In this document: piece after piece, positions 1-10,252 of the stretch
How positions within the stretch are numbered: position 1 is the stretch's first letter
Layout: every line of letters starts with the position of its first letter
Assembly: GCA_964644035.1 (NCBI GenBank)
Contig: CAZXUH010000002.1
Location: 756 to 64,755 of the forward strand
Direction: 5' to 3'
Origin: an uncultured Candidatus Saccharibacteria bacterium
Lineage (GTDB): Bacteria; Patescibacteriota; Minisyncoccia; Phycocordibacterales; DAORIS01
DNA: 64,000 bases
Notes under the pieces: generated by a model
The model's input: the letters and a program-made list of their open reading frames with translations, nothing else
What the model was told of the DNA's origin: nothing
The model's database searches: none
Program-made: the position numbers and the translations under genes

Positions 1-912
1 TCTTTGCTCAAAAATGCTCATTATTTGGACAAAATCTCAAAAGAAAGGATTAGAGACGAGTTCGTCAAACTCCTCAACTCAGAAGACCCAGAATATGGCC
101 TTATTCTTATGAGACAACTAGGAGTACTGAAGTATGTACTACCTGAACTTGAAGAAGGAGTAGGGATGGAACAAAACCAAGCTCATGCTTATGATGTGTT
201 TACGCACATTATAAAATCCACTCAAGCAGCTGCGGATAAAAAATGGCCGCTCGATACTCGTCTAGCAGCCCTCCTACACGACATAGGAAAGCCTAGGACG
301 CGCAGAAAGGGAACAGGTGTACATAAGTGGACTTTTTATGGTCACGACGTCGTAGGAGCAAAAATGGCCCGAGAAATACTTGTCCGTCTGAAATTTCCTC
401 GTGAAACAATAGAAAAAGTTACGAAACTGGTACGTTGGCATATGTTTTTCTCTGATACAGAACAAATTACTCACTCAGCCGTCAGGAGATTGATCGTCCA
501 AGTAGGCAAAGATGATATTTGGGACCTTATGAACCTTAGAGTATGTGATCGTCTTGGTACAGGTAGACCCAAAGAAAACCCTTATAGACTAAGGAAATTC
601 CACTCTATGATAGAGGAGGTCCTAAGAGACCCTATTTCTGTCGGAATGTTGAAAATAGATGGAAAGAGAGCCATGGAAGTGACAAAAACACCTGCCGGAC
701 CAAGGATAGGGTGGTTATTGCACGCCCTATTGGAAGATGTGCTCGATGACCCTAAGAAAAATACCCCTGAATACCTGGAAGAAAGGATTATTGAGCTATC
801 AAAGCTCTCTGATGCAAAACTTAAGAAAATGGGTGAAGAAGGAAAAGATAAGAAAACAGAAGCTGAAGAAAAAGAAGTAGTAAAAATTCGTGGAAAGCAT
901 TTTGTAGAATAG
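1..912 (+). CDS. cca: CCA tRNA nucleotidyltransferase, HD-domain type (5'-truncated by window edge)
   Basis: ISKERIRDEF motif of polyA polymerase/CCA enzymes, H...LLHDIGKP HD motif, FYGHD and C-terminal G..GP.IG. Confidence 0.85.
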   Translation, partial: SLLKNAHYLDKISKERIRDEFVKLLNSEDPEYGLILMRQLGVLKYVLPELEEGVGMEQNQAHAYDVFTHIIKSTQAAADKKWPLDTRLAALLHDIGKPRTRRKGTGVHKWTFYGHDVVGAKMAREILVRLKFPRETIEKVTKLVRWHMFFSDTEQITHSAVRRLIVQVGKDDIWDLMNLRVCDRLGTGRPKENPYRLRKFHSMIEEVLRDPISVGMLKIDGKRAMEVTKTPAGPRIGWLLHALLEDVLDDPKKNTPEYLEERIIELSKLSDAKLKKMGEEGKDKKTEAEEKEVVKIRGKHFVE

Positions 913-949
913 TTTCTAATTATTTTTATTTTAAGATAAAAATTTAGGT

Positions 950-1132
950 AAAAAAAAGAGACTTAATTCTTTGGCACTCCGGAGAGTGATCAGAAACAAG
1001 TCTCTTGGTATCAGTGAAGACTGAAGGGCTTCGACGTGAGACGTCGACTACAAGTGGGCCAGTTAGAAAACTGACTTTAAAAATTCGACTTTGTGAGTCG
1101 AGGTACAAACTTAATGTTCAATGATCTGGCCT
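950..1132 (-). ncRNA. Candidate structured small RNA (unknown family)
   Basis: Minus-strand TTGACA-N16-TACAAT promoter with TGn extension (1139-1166), four short hairpins, long terminal hairpin (956-1006) followed by a T-run, no ORF. Confidence 0.55.
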
Positions 1133-1138
1133 GGATTC

Positions 1139-1192
1139 ATTGTAGCAACTATAAAGGACATGTCAACGAGTTATCCACAGCCGTCCTTTATA
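1139..1192 (-). promoter_or_regulatory. Sigma70 promoter with adjacent perfect DnaA box inside an inverted repeat
   Basis: -10 at 1139-1144, -35 at 1161-1166, TTATCCACA at 1171-1179, TATAAAGGAC/GTCCTTTATA arms at 1150-1159 and 1183-1192. Confidence 0.6.
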
Positions 1193-1198
1193 ATCAAA

Positions 1199-1966
1199 TT
1201 ATTTTATTATCAACTCAATAGGACAGTGGTCTGAGCCGAGTACGTCCTTGTGCACTACGACGTCTTTTACCTTATTCATTATATTTTGACTAGCGAAAAA
1301 GTAGTCTATACGCCACCCAACATTGCGCTCTCTTGCAGCAGTCTTCATGTCCCAATACGTGTAGACGTCTTTTTTATTGGGATAGAGTGTCCTATAGACA
1401 TCGACGAAGCCCGATGAAATAACTTCATCGATCCACGCTCTTTCTTCTGGTAGAAATCCTGTATTCTTTTCATTTTCTTTTGGTCGTGCCAAATCGATTT
1501 CTTCATGTGCAGTGTTTATATCTCCACAAAAAATAACTGGCTTTTTCTTTTTCAATTTATTTACGTATGCAAGAAAATCATCGTAAAATCTCAATTTGTA
1601 ATCGAGCCTGACTGGACCACCGCCGCCATTGGGGAAATATACGTTGAGCAAATAGAAATCTTCCATCTCGAGCATAACCACTCTGCCTTCTTGATCATAT
1701 TCTTCGAATCCAAAACCTATTTGGGCCATCACTGGCTTAATTTTTGTATAAATAGCTACACCGCTATAGCCCTTTTTAACAGAAGAGTGAGCAAAATAGC
1801 TCATGTGATATCCCAAAATATCCTTTATTTCAGGCCCCAATTGGTCTGGATGAGCTTTTGTCTCCTGTATGCAGAAAATATCTGGAGATTTCTTTATAAA
1901 CCATTCAAAATTGCCTTTTTTATATACTGCTCTGATGCCATTTACGTTCCAACAGACGATATTCAT
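1199..1966 (-). CDS. xth: Exodeoxyribonuclease III / AP endonuclease
   Basis: WNVNGIRA, QETK, YFPNG, GDINTAH, GWRIDY and SDHCP motifs. Confidence 0.95.
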   Translation of the reverse strand: MNIVCWNVNGIRAVYKKGNFEWFIKKSPDIFCIQETKAHPDQLGPEIKDILGYHMSYFAHSSVKKGYSGVAIYTKIKPVMAQIGFGFEEYDQEGRVVMLEMEDFYLLNVYFPNGGGGPVRLDYKLRFYDDFLAYVNKLKKKKPVIFCGDINTAHEEIDLARPKENEKNTGFLPEERAWIDEVISSGFVDVYRTLYPNKKDVYTYWDMKTAARERNVGWRIDYFFASQNIMNKVKDVVVHKDVLGSDHCPIELIIK

Positions 1967-1967
1967 G

Positions 1968-2945
1968 TTATTTTTTATTGTGAAACTTCTTATGTATCTC
2001 TTTGAGATGTTTATCAGTGATATGGGTATAGATCTGCGTGGTCGCTATATTAGCATGGCCAAGTAACATCTGAACAGAACGCAGATCAGCTCCATTTTGT
2101 AAAAGATCGGTAGCAAAACTGTGTCGTATAACGTGGGGTGTAACTTTTTTTGAAATTCCAGCTTTGATAGCATAGTGTTTGACGATGCGTTCGATAGAAC
2201 GAGGAGTGAGACGCAATGTACTCTTAGTTTTATCTTTCTGAAGAGGGGAAAACTGTATAAAAAGAGCATCGTCGGTGTCAGCACGCTTATCCAAATAGAG
2301 TTTGATCGATGTTTTTGCTTCATCTGAGAGGAAAACAACTCGTACTTTATCACCCTTGCCTCTCACAGAGAATTCATCGCTCTTGAGATTGATATCTCTA
2401 GAGAGACCTGCTAGTTCTGAAACACGGAGTCCTGTGGAGAAAAATAGTTGCAGTAGAGCCATATCTCGCAAAGCTATAATGTCTACATCCTGCTTTTTGG
2501 TCTTCTTTGATTCATTTTGAGATCTCATTTTCGGTGCCTCAAGAAGACGATCAAGCTCATCTCGAGAGATAAGATCAATGGACCTCTCTGGAATCTTCGC
2601 CAACTCTATTCTGTCTGGGGAGAGAGAAGTAATGTTTCTTTTAACCAAATACTTGAGGAAAGCTCTCATGGCTATAAGATGATAATTCTGAGTCTTCTTC
2701 TTTAATGTTTCATTCCTACCATCAATAGTACGTCCAGAGGGCTGTCTGTTGAGCCAAAGGCGAAACTCTCTTATAGAGTCGTCACTTATATCATTGGACT
2801 TAGAAAGCTTGGTAAAATCGTGAAATTTGGACAGATAATGCTCGTAATTGCGTATCGTCTTGAGGCTTCTGCCTTTTTCTATCTCCAAATACTCCAAAAA
2901 TTCGCGTATTCGAGTCCAAAGCTCTGATTTTTTATTGTCCGACAT
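1968..2945 (-). CDS. XerC/XerD-like tyrosine recombinase
   Basis: SAM-like N-terminus, TGLRVSEL, GKGDKVR, HVIRHSFAT, LLGHANIATTQIY catalytic residues. Confidence 0.9.
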   Translation of the reverse strand: MSDNKKSELWTRIREFLEYLEIEKGRSLKTIRNYEHYLSKFHDFTKLSKSNDISDDSIREFRLWLNRQPSGRTIDGRNETLKKKTQNYHLIAMRAFLKYLVKRNITSLSPDRIELAKIPERSIDLISRDELDRLLEAPKMRSQNESKKTKKQDVDIIALRDMALLQLFFSTGLRVSELAGLSRDINLKSDEFSVRGKGDKVRVVFLSDEAKTSIKLYLDKRADTDDALFIQFSPLQKDKTKSTLRLTPRSIERIVKHYAIKAGISKKVTPHVIRHSFATDLLQNGADLRSVQMLLGHANIATTQIYTHITDKHLKEIHKKFHNKK

Positions 2946-3029
2946 TGGATAAAGTATACCACCTTAAAATACTAGGGTCATATGAAATCACTTGCGCAGT
3001 AAAGATATTTATGCTATTATATCAGAACC

Positions 3030-3302
3030 ATGTTGACGAAAACGCAAAAAGCTAAAATCACGAAGGAAATCGCAGTCCACGACAAGGACACGGGTTCTCC
3101 AGAAGTTCAGGTTGCCCTTCTCACTAAGAGAATCGAGGAATTGACCGATCACCTCAAGAAAAATAAGAAGGATAAGCACTCACGACGCGGACTTCTCCAG
3201 ATGGTTGCAGATCGACAGACTCATCTCAACTACCTTATGAAGAAAGACGAGAAGCGATATTCGACAGTGGTAAAGAAGCTTGGTCTCAAGAAAAAATCCT
3301 AA
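3030..3302 (+). CDS. rpsO: 30S ribosomal protein S15
   Basis: [13 protein letters not shown]...[15 protein letters not shown]. Confidence 0.97.
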   Translation: MLTKTQKAKITKEIAVHDKDTGSPEVQVALLTKRIEELTDHLKKNKKDKHSRRGLLQMVADRQTHLNYLMKKDEKRYSTVVKKLGLKKKS

Positions 3303-3314
3303 TTTCAACACATT

Positions 3315-3346
3315 CTGCCCACCACAAGGTGGGCAGTGTGCTTTTT
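3315..3346 (+). terminator. Intrinsic terminator after rpsO
   Basis: CTGCCCACC/GGTGGGCAG hairpin followed by T-rich tract. Confidence 0.6.
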
Positions 3347-3390
3347 AGATCTCCCCCAAGCGGGAGAAAATAATATATACTTAATAGAAT

Positions 3391-4011
3391 ATGACAGTTA
3401 TTAAACACAAAGAACAGAGAGTTGGTATTTTTATCGACGCTCAAAACCTCTATCACAGTGCAAAAAATCTTTATAGAGCAAAAGTCAATTTTGGCCAGAT
3501 TATGAAAGATGCCGTTGCTGGACGAGCACTTATCCGGGCAGTGGCATATGTAATTACTACCGAATCAGGTGAAGAAAAAAGCTTTTTCGAAGCTTTGGAA
3601 AAACTTGGTATCGAAACAAAAACAAAAAATCTGCAGATCTTTTCAGGTGGCGCAAAAAAAGGTGATTGGGACGTCGGTCTCGCAGTTGATGCTATAAAAA
3701 TGGCACCCAAACTCGATACGGTTATTTTGGCCTCTGGAGATGGAGACTTCGTACCGCTCGTCGAATACTTGAAAATGAATGAAGGATGTCAGGTAGAAGT
3801 AATCGCCTTTGGAAAATCTTCTTCATCAAAACTTATCGAATCGACCGACGACTTTATCGATCTCTGCGACAATCCTAAAAAATACATTCTCGGTTATAGA
3901 AGCGAAAGATATCAAGGCTCAAATAAAAATAGCCGCAATGAGAAACACTCAGATGCGGTATTTGCTCAGACAGAAGCTTCCGATGACGAATCAGAAGGTA
4001 AAGAATTTTAA
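3391..4011 (+). CDS. NYN (LabA/DUF88, PIN-like) domain protein
   Basis: FIDAQNL, KGDWDVGLAVDA, SGDGDFVPL and D.FIDL motifs. Confidence 0.9.
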   Translation: MTVIKHKEQRVGIFIDAQNLYHSAKNLYRAKVNFGQIMKDAVAGRALIRAVAYVITTESGEEKSFFEALEKLGIETKTKNLQIFSGGAKKGDWDVGLAVDAIKMAPKLDTVILASGDGDFVPLVEYLKMNEGCQVEVIAFGKSSSSKLIESTDDFIDLCDNPKKYILGYRSERYQGSNKNSRNEKHSDAVFAQTEASDDESEGKEF

Positions 4012-4049
4012 TACACTATCGGCTGAAAGGGTGTTAGACTTTAGTACAC

Positions 4050-5015
4050 ATGCACGAAGACGAGAATAAAAAAGACCTGACCGGAGCTCTCAAGGCATTG
4101 GAATTTAACAATGCCATTATCAAGCCCGAGGAGAAGAAAAAACAAGACGATTTTGCTGAGCAACAGGCATCTATAGCAAATGATTCTCTGATTCGACCAC
4201 TTCGAACCTTCGAAAGCGATTCCGCAGAAGCGATAAAACAAGGCCAGCAGTCCTTGTACTCAATAGCTCAAGCAGAAAAAGCAAAGCGAGCTAAGAGAGG
4301 TGAATCTGATCCAGAAAAAGAAGATATTAAAAAGAATAGTGCTCTACTTTTGCTCAGCGGTGCACTCTTTCTTGCTGGCGGAGCATTCCTTTTATATTTT
4401 TTCCTACTAAGAACTTTTTTACCTGATAAAACAGTGTTGGTAACACCAACAATCAATTCAGTTATTACCAGTCAACACGAAATTGACCTAGCAAATACCG
4501 ACCAAACATCGAGAGGAGCAATCGTGGCATCAGTGCGAACTGTGCTCGGTCAAAATCCTAGAAATAAAGATGAGATAGAAAATATACGTATCACCAAAGA
4601 CGGAAAAGATATTGATATCAGTGACATTATTTTAGATTTTTCAGAAAATACACCTCCATCACTCTTGAGATCATTCAGTACCAACGAATACATGATCGGA
4701 TCTATCCAAAAAGAAACAAAATTGCCTTTCTTCATCACGAAGATCAATTATTATGACAATGCATTTGCTGGAATGCTTAAATGGGAAGAAGATATGCAGC
4801 AAGTATTTGTAAAATTAGGTATCAGCGCTCTTACTACTGCTCCTTGGAGGGATGCGATTGTTAAAAATAAAGACGTACGACTTCTAAAAAACGAAAGCGG
4901 TGATACTGTAATGCTGTATGGATTTTACGACAAAGAAACACTGGTTATAGCTCCGAGCGAAGAGGTGTTTTCCGACGTACTTGCTGGCCTACGAGCACGA
5001 CAAACAAGCAGATAA
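4050..5015 (+). CDS. Hypothetical bitopic membrane protein
   Basis: Long ORF, charged N-terminus, single TM near aa 98-120, extended -10 nine nt upstream. Confidence 0.7.
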   Translation: MHEDENKKDLTGALKALEFNNAIIKPEEKKKQDDFAEQQASIANDSLIRPLRTFESDSAEAIKQGQQSLYSIAQAEKAKRAKRGESDPEKEDIKKNSALLLLSGALFLAGGAFLLYFFLLRTFLPDKTVLVTPTINSVITSQHEIDLANTDQTSRGAIVASVRTVLGQNPRNKDEIENIRITKDGKDIDISDIILDFSENTPPSLLRSFSTNEYMIGSIQKETKLPFFITKINYYDNAFAGMLKWEEDMQQVFVKLGISALTTAPWRDAIVKNKDVRLLKNESGDTVMLYGFYDKETLVIAPSEEVFSDVLAGLRARQTSR

Positions 5016-5050
5016 TTGCAGGGCCATACCGCCTAGGGTATGATAGGTAT

Positions 5051-5416
5051 ATGGACACAAACGATTACAAAACATATACCGAAAAACTGAAGCAGGAACT
5101 TGCTCTTCTAGAAAAAGAGCTCAGTGCTACCGGCAGAAAGAACCCCGACCATCCGGGAGATTGGGAAGCAAAGCCCGATGAACTTGATATTCAGGCCTCT
5201 GACGAAAATGAGGTTGCCGACAAACTTGAATCCTACGAAAGTAACGAGGTAATATTGAATCAACTCGAAGCAAGATACAATCAAGTTAAAAATGCGCTCA
5301 CTCGTATAGAAGAAAAAGCATTTGGTATCTGCAAAATCTGTCAGAAACCAATCGAAAAAGAAAGATTGGAAGCAAATCCTGCAGCCGAAACTTGTATCGA
5401 TCACAAAAACGAATAA
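5051..5416 (+). CDS. TraR/DksA C4 zinc-finger protein
   Basis: Coiled coil plus FGICKICQKPIEKERLEANPAAETCIDH. Confidence 0.9.
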   Translation: MDTNDYKTYTEKLKQELALLEKELSATGRKNPDHPGDWEAKPDELDIQASDENEVADKLESYESNEVILNQLEARYNQVKNALTRIEEKAFGICKICQKPIEKERLEANPAAETCIDHKNE

Positions 5417-5522
5417 TTCAGACAAAGAAAATCAAAATATACCCCTTTAACTAACAGGGGTTTTATTTTTTCTATAACAAAACTACAGACATTCTTCATG
5501 CCGATTGAGCAATAATGGGTGA

Positions 5523-7022
5523 ATGAATTTTGCAAAAGTGCACAGTGCACAAACTTTTTTACTAAAAGCTCACATTATCGATATAGAAGTAGACATATCA
5601 AGAGGCATGCATGCCTTTTCAATCGTAGGCTTGCCTGACAAAGCAGTAGAGGAGGCGAGGGATAGAGTAGCAGCAGCTATCAAACATGCAGGCTTTGTTT
5701 CACCCAAACAATCCAATCAAAAAATAACTATTTCATTGGCACCAGCTCATGTCAGAAAAGAGGGGCCGCATTTTGATTTGGGTATAGCGATAGCGTATTT
5801 GATTGCCAAAGAAGAAATATCCTACGAGGCAAACAAAACTCTTTTCCTTGGGGAACTATCGCTCGATGGAATGATCCGTCCGATACGAGGTACGCTGCCC
5901 TTGGTTGCTCATGCAAAAGAAGTTGGATTCAATGCCGTCTTTCTTCCAAAAGAAAATGCTAAAGAAGCAGCATTGATCGAGGGAATAAATATATTTGGAG
6001 CTTCATCGATCCATGAAGTACTTAAACATATTTCAAGCGACTCATTGATATCTTCTCAGCCAAAAACTATTCTCGAAGAAAATGAGAAGCTTGAAGTTAT
6101 TGATATCTCCGAAATAGCTGGGCAAGAAGTGGCGAAGAGGGCACTACTGATCGCGGCGGCAGGCGGACACAACATGGCACTCTGGGGACCACCCGGTACT
6201 GGCAAGACCATGCTGGCAAAATCATTTAGAGGAATTTTACCGGATCTGACATTTGAAGAATCATTGGAGGTCACATCAATACACTCTGTCGCAGGATTGC
6301 TCAAAGAAAGTTTAATGGTATTGCCCCCATTTAGGTCACCGCACCATACTGCTTCGTATAGTTCACTTGTGGGTGGAGGAACTGTACCTAAACCCGGAGA
6401 AGTAACACTCGCTCACAAGGGAGTTTTATTTTTGGATGAATTACCTGAATTTGATTCCAAAGTACTCGATGCACTCAGAGAACCGCTCGAGGAACATTCG
6501 GTAAGTATATCGAGAGTCAAAGGTAGTGGACATTTTCCAGCAGATTTTATTCTGATTGCTGCACTCAATCCTTGTCCGTGCGGAAATTATGAGTCAGCAG
6601 GTCGAACATGCACCTGTCCACCGCAGATTATTGATAAATATAGAGGCAGAGTATCAGGACCGATCGTCGATAGAATAGATATGTGGGTTGAAGTATCAAC
6701 AGTGCACTATGAAAAAATGTATTCGAAAAACGAGACACTGACTTCTGTAGATTTGCGTAAGAAAGTAGAATTCGCCAGAGAAAAACAAAGACAGAGATCA
6801 AAATATATAAATAGCAGAGTGCCGAGAAAATTTATAGACCAATTAAATATAGAAAAGAGTAGTCTTAACCTTCTCAATTCTTCTGCAGAAAGATTGGGTT
6901 TGTCGGGAAGGAGTTACCATAAGATTATTCGCTTAGCCCGAACAATTGCTGATATAGAAAATGCAGATCAGGTACTTCCAGCACATATACTGGAAGCACT
7001 GCAATATCGAAAGAAGTATTAG
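5523..7022 (+). CDS. comM: YifB/ComM Mg-chelatase-like AAA+ ATPase (competence helicase)
   Basis: IVGLPDKAV, GPPGTGKTM, PFRSPHH, LFLDELPEF, NPCPCG. Confidence 0.92.
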   Translation: MNFAKVHSAQTFLLKAHIIDIEVDISRGMHAFSIVGLPDKAVEEARDRVAAAIKHAGFVSPKQSNQKITISLAPAHVRKEGPHFDLGIAIAYLIAKEEISYEANKTLFLGELSLDGMIRPIRGTLPLVAHAKEVGFNAVFLPKENAKEAALIEGINIFGASSIHEVLKHISSDSLISSQPKTILEENEKLEVIDISEIAGQEVAKRALLIAAAGGHNMALWGPPGTGKTMLAKSFRGILPDLTFEESLEVTSIHSVAGLLKESLMVLPPFRSPHHTASYSSLVGGGTVPKPGEVTLAHKGVLFLDELPEFDSKVLDALREPLEEHSVSISRVKGSGHFPADFILIAALNPCPCGNYESAGRTCTCPPQIIDKYRGRVSGPIVDRIDMWVEVSTVHYEKMYSKNETLTSVDLRKKVEFAREKQRQRSKYINSRVPRKFIDQLNIEKSSLNLLNSSAERLGLSGRSYHKIIRLARTIADIENADQVLPAHILEALQYRKKY

Positions 7023-7990
7023 AAAGGATTTTTACCGCCGCGAACTTCAAAGTGTAGATGTATACCAGTTGCTTTACCTGATGCGCCCATTTTACCTACT
7101 TGCTGTCCCTGAACAACCGTTTCACCCACACCAACAGATACTTCGGAGAGGTGGGCATAGAGAGTTTGCATACCATTTGGATGACTTATAACAACGTAGC
7201 TTCCGTAACCACCATTCCAACCGGCGCTTCTACTGATTACTACAGTTCCGCCGGCAGCCGCTACAATCGGAGCACCCATCTTACTTGCAAGATCAACGCC
7301 ATTGTAACCGTGTATACCCTGAGTACGTCGAGCACCAGAAACTGGATTGATAAAGTATCCTGTTGAATCTTTGCCGGCGCTTGCAGAGATAAGAACACCG
7401 TTGGCGCCACCAGATTTGACCGTTGAAGTTGTTTTTACAGGTGCTGAAAGGACCAATTCACCATCAGGAATAATGACTGTATCACCAACTGCGAGAGTAG
7501 CATTGTCGGCAAGGGCATTGAAAGACCTGATTTCGGCTTCATCGGCCTTGTATTTCTTGGCAATAGTCTGAATCGTATCGCCTTTCTTAACAATATGCGA
7601 AACGCCGCTCACTGGAAGAATGACGAGAGTCTGGCCAGGCTTGATCCTATCCTTGGTAGTGAGATTGTTGGACCACATGACGGTATTGACCGACACTTGG
7701 AACATTTCCGCGATCTGGCTGAGGGTATCGCCTTCGCGAACAACGTATGTACTAATGAGTTGGCTATGCTTCTGAGAAACATCCTCCGTAGGGACAGCCA
7801 AAGCATCGTGATCAACTACAAGTTCATCCTGAAGAGTGTAGTTACCAGCCACCAAAGCCTCCATAGTCTGAGAATTTTGCCGTGGAACCTCTGCCTTTAC
7901 CTTTGTAGTCACAAAAAAGCTCTTTACCGTCGTAAAAATGTTTGCCTGAGCTCTCAAATACGGGAAAAAGACCAGCACAAAAAAACACAC
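7019..7990 (-). CDS. LysM + M23 peptidoglycan endopeptidase (start uncertain)
   Basis: Two LysM repeats (YVVREGDTL, HIVKKGDTI); HGYNGVD, YAHL and HLHFE M23 motifs. Confidence 0.9.
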   Translation of the reverse strand: MCFFVLVFFPYLRAQANIFTTVKSFFVTTKVKAEVPRQNSQTMEALVAGNYTLQDELVVDHDALAVPTEDVSQKHSQLISTYVVREGDTLSQIAEMFQVSVNTVMWSNNLTTKDRIKPGQTLVILPVSGVSHIVKKGDTIQTIAKKYKADEAEIRSFNALADNATLAVGDTVIIPDGELVLSAPVKTTSTVKSGGANGVLISASAGKDSTGYFINPVSGARRTQGIHGYNGVDLASKMGAPIVAAAGGTVVISRSAGWNGGYGSYVVISHPNGMQTLYAHLSEVSVGVGETVVQGQQVGKMGASGKATGIHLHFEVRGGKNPF

Positions 7991-8300
7991 ACCAGCGAGG
8001 ATGGTTTTTAAAACATATTTGATGAGCCGTTTACCAGAAGAAGGAGTACTTCTACCAGAGTAATCGGAATGGTTCGAGGTTGGTCGGATATATTTTTTGA
8101 CTTAGCGACAGTATCGGAAATGGCTTAATGGAGCCATATTAAGGGAGAATCGGTATGACATGCTTAGAACGTTTTCTTCCAAACATAGTGAAACTATAGA
8201 CGATTGATGGCAAGAGTCAACGTTGACAAAAAATTGATAAATATGGATAAAAATAATGAATTTTAGGGGTCTGAAAGACCAAATGATATAGTAAGTATCC

Positions 8301-10238
8301 ATGGAACATCTCGAAAGCTTAAACGAACGTCAAAAAGAAGTTGTATTGCACCGCGATGGACCGATTTTGATCCTCGCTGGGGCCGGTGCAGGCAAGACAA
8401 AGACGATTACTCACCGAATTCTCCATCTTATAAAGCAAGGAGTAGCTCCGCATGAAATTCTGGCCATTACTTTTACAAACAAAGCTGCAAAAGAGATGCG
8501 TGAGAGAGTGCTGAAGCTATTGCAAGGCGACAAAACACTCAATGTTCCTATTTCTTTTACTGAAAAGCCATTTGTGAGCACATTTCACTCGCTTGGCGTA
8601 CATATTATCAAGGAACAATGTGAAAAAATCGGTGTCACTAAGAATTTCAGCATCTTGGACAGAGGGGATTCAAAACGTTTGGTCAAAGAGGCTGAAGAAA
8701 AACTCGGTCTTGACCCAAAACAGTTCGAACCAGGCAAAATACTTGGTATTATCTCCCGCCAAAAGGGAAATATGGTCAATGTCGACCAATATCAGGCTAT
8801 GGCTGGCAATGGATATATAGAAAGGATTGTTGGGGACATATGGGAACAGTATGAAAAACTATGCTTGAGAGAGAAAGCACTCGATTTTGATGATCTTCTG
8901 ATAAAAGCTGCGCAGTTGCTCCAAAACGATCTCTCAGTCAGAGCTCACTATGCCAATATTTGGAAATACGTTCATATCGATGAATATCAAGACACAAACA
9001 AGGTTCAATACCGGATTTCCAAACTGCTTGCCGAAACCAATCGTAATGTCTGTGCGGTTGGGGATATTGATCAGACCATTTATAGTTGGCGAGGTGCCGA
9101 TATCTCAAACATCCTCAACTTTGAGAAAGATTATCCTGAAGCCAAGGTAGTACTTCTTGAGCAAAACTATCGTTCAACAAAAACTATCCTTGAGGCTGCA
9201 AATTCCATCATCGAAAAAAACAAAAGAAGAAAAAAGAAAATTCTTTTTACAGAAAATGAAGATGGGGAGAAAATCAGCCTCTATGGCGCATATGATGAAA
9301 GTGATGAAGCGCATTTCATTGCTCTAAAAACAAAAGAATTGCTCGGTGAGGGAATACCCGCCGAAGAGATCGCCGTATTATATAGAGCAAATTTCCAATC
9401 GCGTATTCTTGAAGAAGCATTTCTTTCTCACAACGTACCGTATCAGGTCTTGGGCACACGATTCTTCGAACGAAAAGAAATCAAAGATATTATTTCGTAT
9501 ATAAAAGCCGCGCTCAATCCCGATTCGCTGAGCGATATTAAAAGAATTATCAATGCACCACCACGTGGGATTGGAAAAGTTGGTCTCCTAAAAATATTTT
9601 CCGGAAACAGAGAGGCTCTACCTGCTGCTCAAAAAGATAAGGTAAATCATTTCTATGATTTACTTGGAAAAATAAAAGATGCATCAGAAACCGAGACACC
9701 AAGCAGACTTATACGATACGTATTTGAAATAAGTGGTATGAAAACAGTACTTGAGCAAGGTACCGACGAAGATGTTGAAAGAATAGAGAACGTACAAGAA
9801 CTCGTCACCCTCGCCTCAAGATATGACGGCATGCCCAAAGAAAAAGCGCTCGAGACTTTTATAGAAGATGTTTCACTTGCATCGGATCAAGACTCAATGG
9901 ACAACAAAGGCAGTGCGACACGACTCATGACTGTACATGCATCCAAAGGTTTGGAATTCCAGTATGTATTTATCTGCGGACTCGAAGAAGATCTATTTCC
10001 TCATACCAAAGATGGCGAAGTAAAAGATGATGACGAAGAAGAACGCAGACTTTTCTATGTGGCACTTACAAGAGCAAAGAAAAAATTGTATCTTTCCTAC
10101 GCCGGTGTCCGCACGATCTTCGGTAGTAAGCAGATCAATGTACCATCTCAATTTTTGGGTGAGATAGGTGACACACTTATCGAAGCAGAATCTTCGGGAG
10201 GTAACCATGGAGTAAGAAAAGTGATATATTTCGATTAA
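8301..10238 (+). CDS. pcrA: UvrD/PcrA SF1 DNA helicase
   Basis: AGAGAGKT, TFTNKAA, DEYQDTN, VGDIDQ, QNYRS, HASKGLEF, EERRLFYVALTRA. Confidence 0.95.
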   Translation: MEHLESLNERQKEVVLHRDGPILILAGAGAGKTKTITHRILHLIKQGVAPHEILAITFTNKAAKEMRERVLKLLQGDKTLNVPISFTEKPFVSTFHSLGVHIIKEQCEKIGVTKNFSILDRGDSKRLVKEAEEKLGLDPKQFEPGKILGIISRQKGNMVNVDQYQAMAGNGYIERIVGDIWEQYEKLCLREKALDFDDLLIKAAQLLQNDLSVRAHYANIWKYVHIDEYQDTNKVQYRISKLLAETNRNVCAVGDIDQTIYSWRGADISNILNFEKDYPEAKVVLLEQNYRSTKTILEAANSIIEKNKRRKKKILFTENEDGEKISLYGAYDESDEAHFIALKTKELLGEGIPAEEIAVLYRANFQSRILEEAFLSHNVPYQVLGTRFFERKEIKDIISYIKAALNPDSLSDIKRIINAPPRGIGKVGLLKIFSGNREALPAAQKDKVNHFYDLLGKIKDASETETPSRLIRYVFEISGMKTVLEQGTDEDVERIENVQELVTLASRYDGMPKEKALETFIEDVSLASDQDSMDNKGSATRLMTVHASKGLEFQYVFICGLEEDLFPHTKDGEVKDDDEEERRLFYVALTRAKKKLYLSYAGVRTIFGSKQINVPSQFLGEIGDTLIEAESSGGNHGVRKVIYFD

Positions 10239-10252
10239 GTAGACGCGTATGT

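Noticed and set aside
950-1132. CRISPR array
   Set aside because: Hairpins are not identical or regularly spaced, and there are no cas genes in the window
1968-2945. Tyrosine recombinase as an integron or phage integrase
   Set aside because: No IntI insertion recognised, no attC array or att repeats seen, housekeeping context
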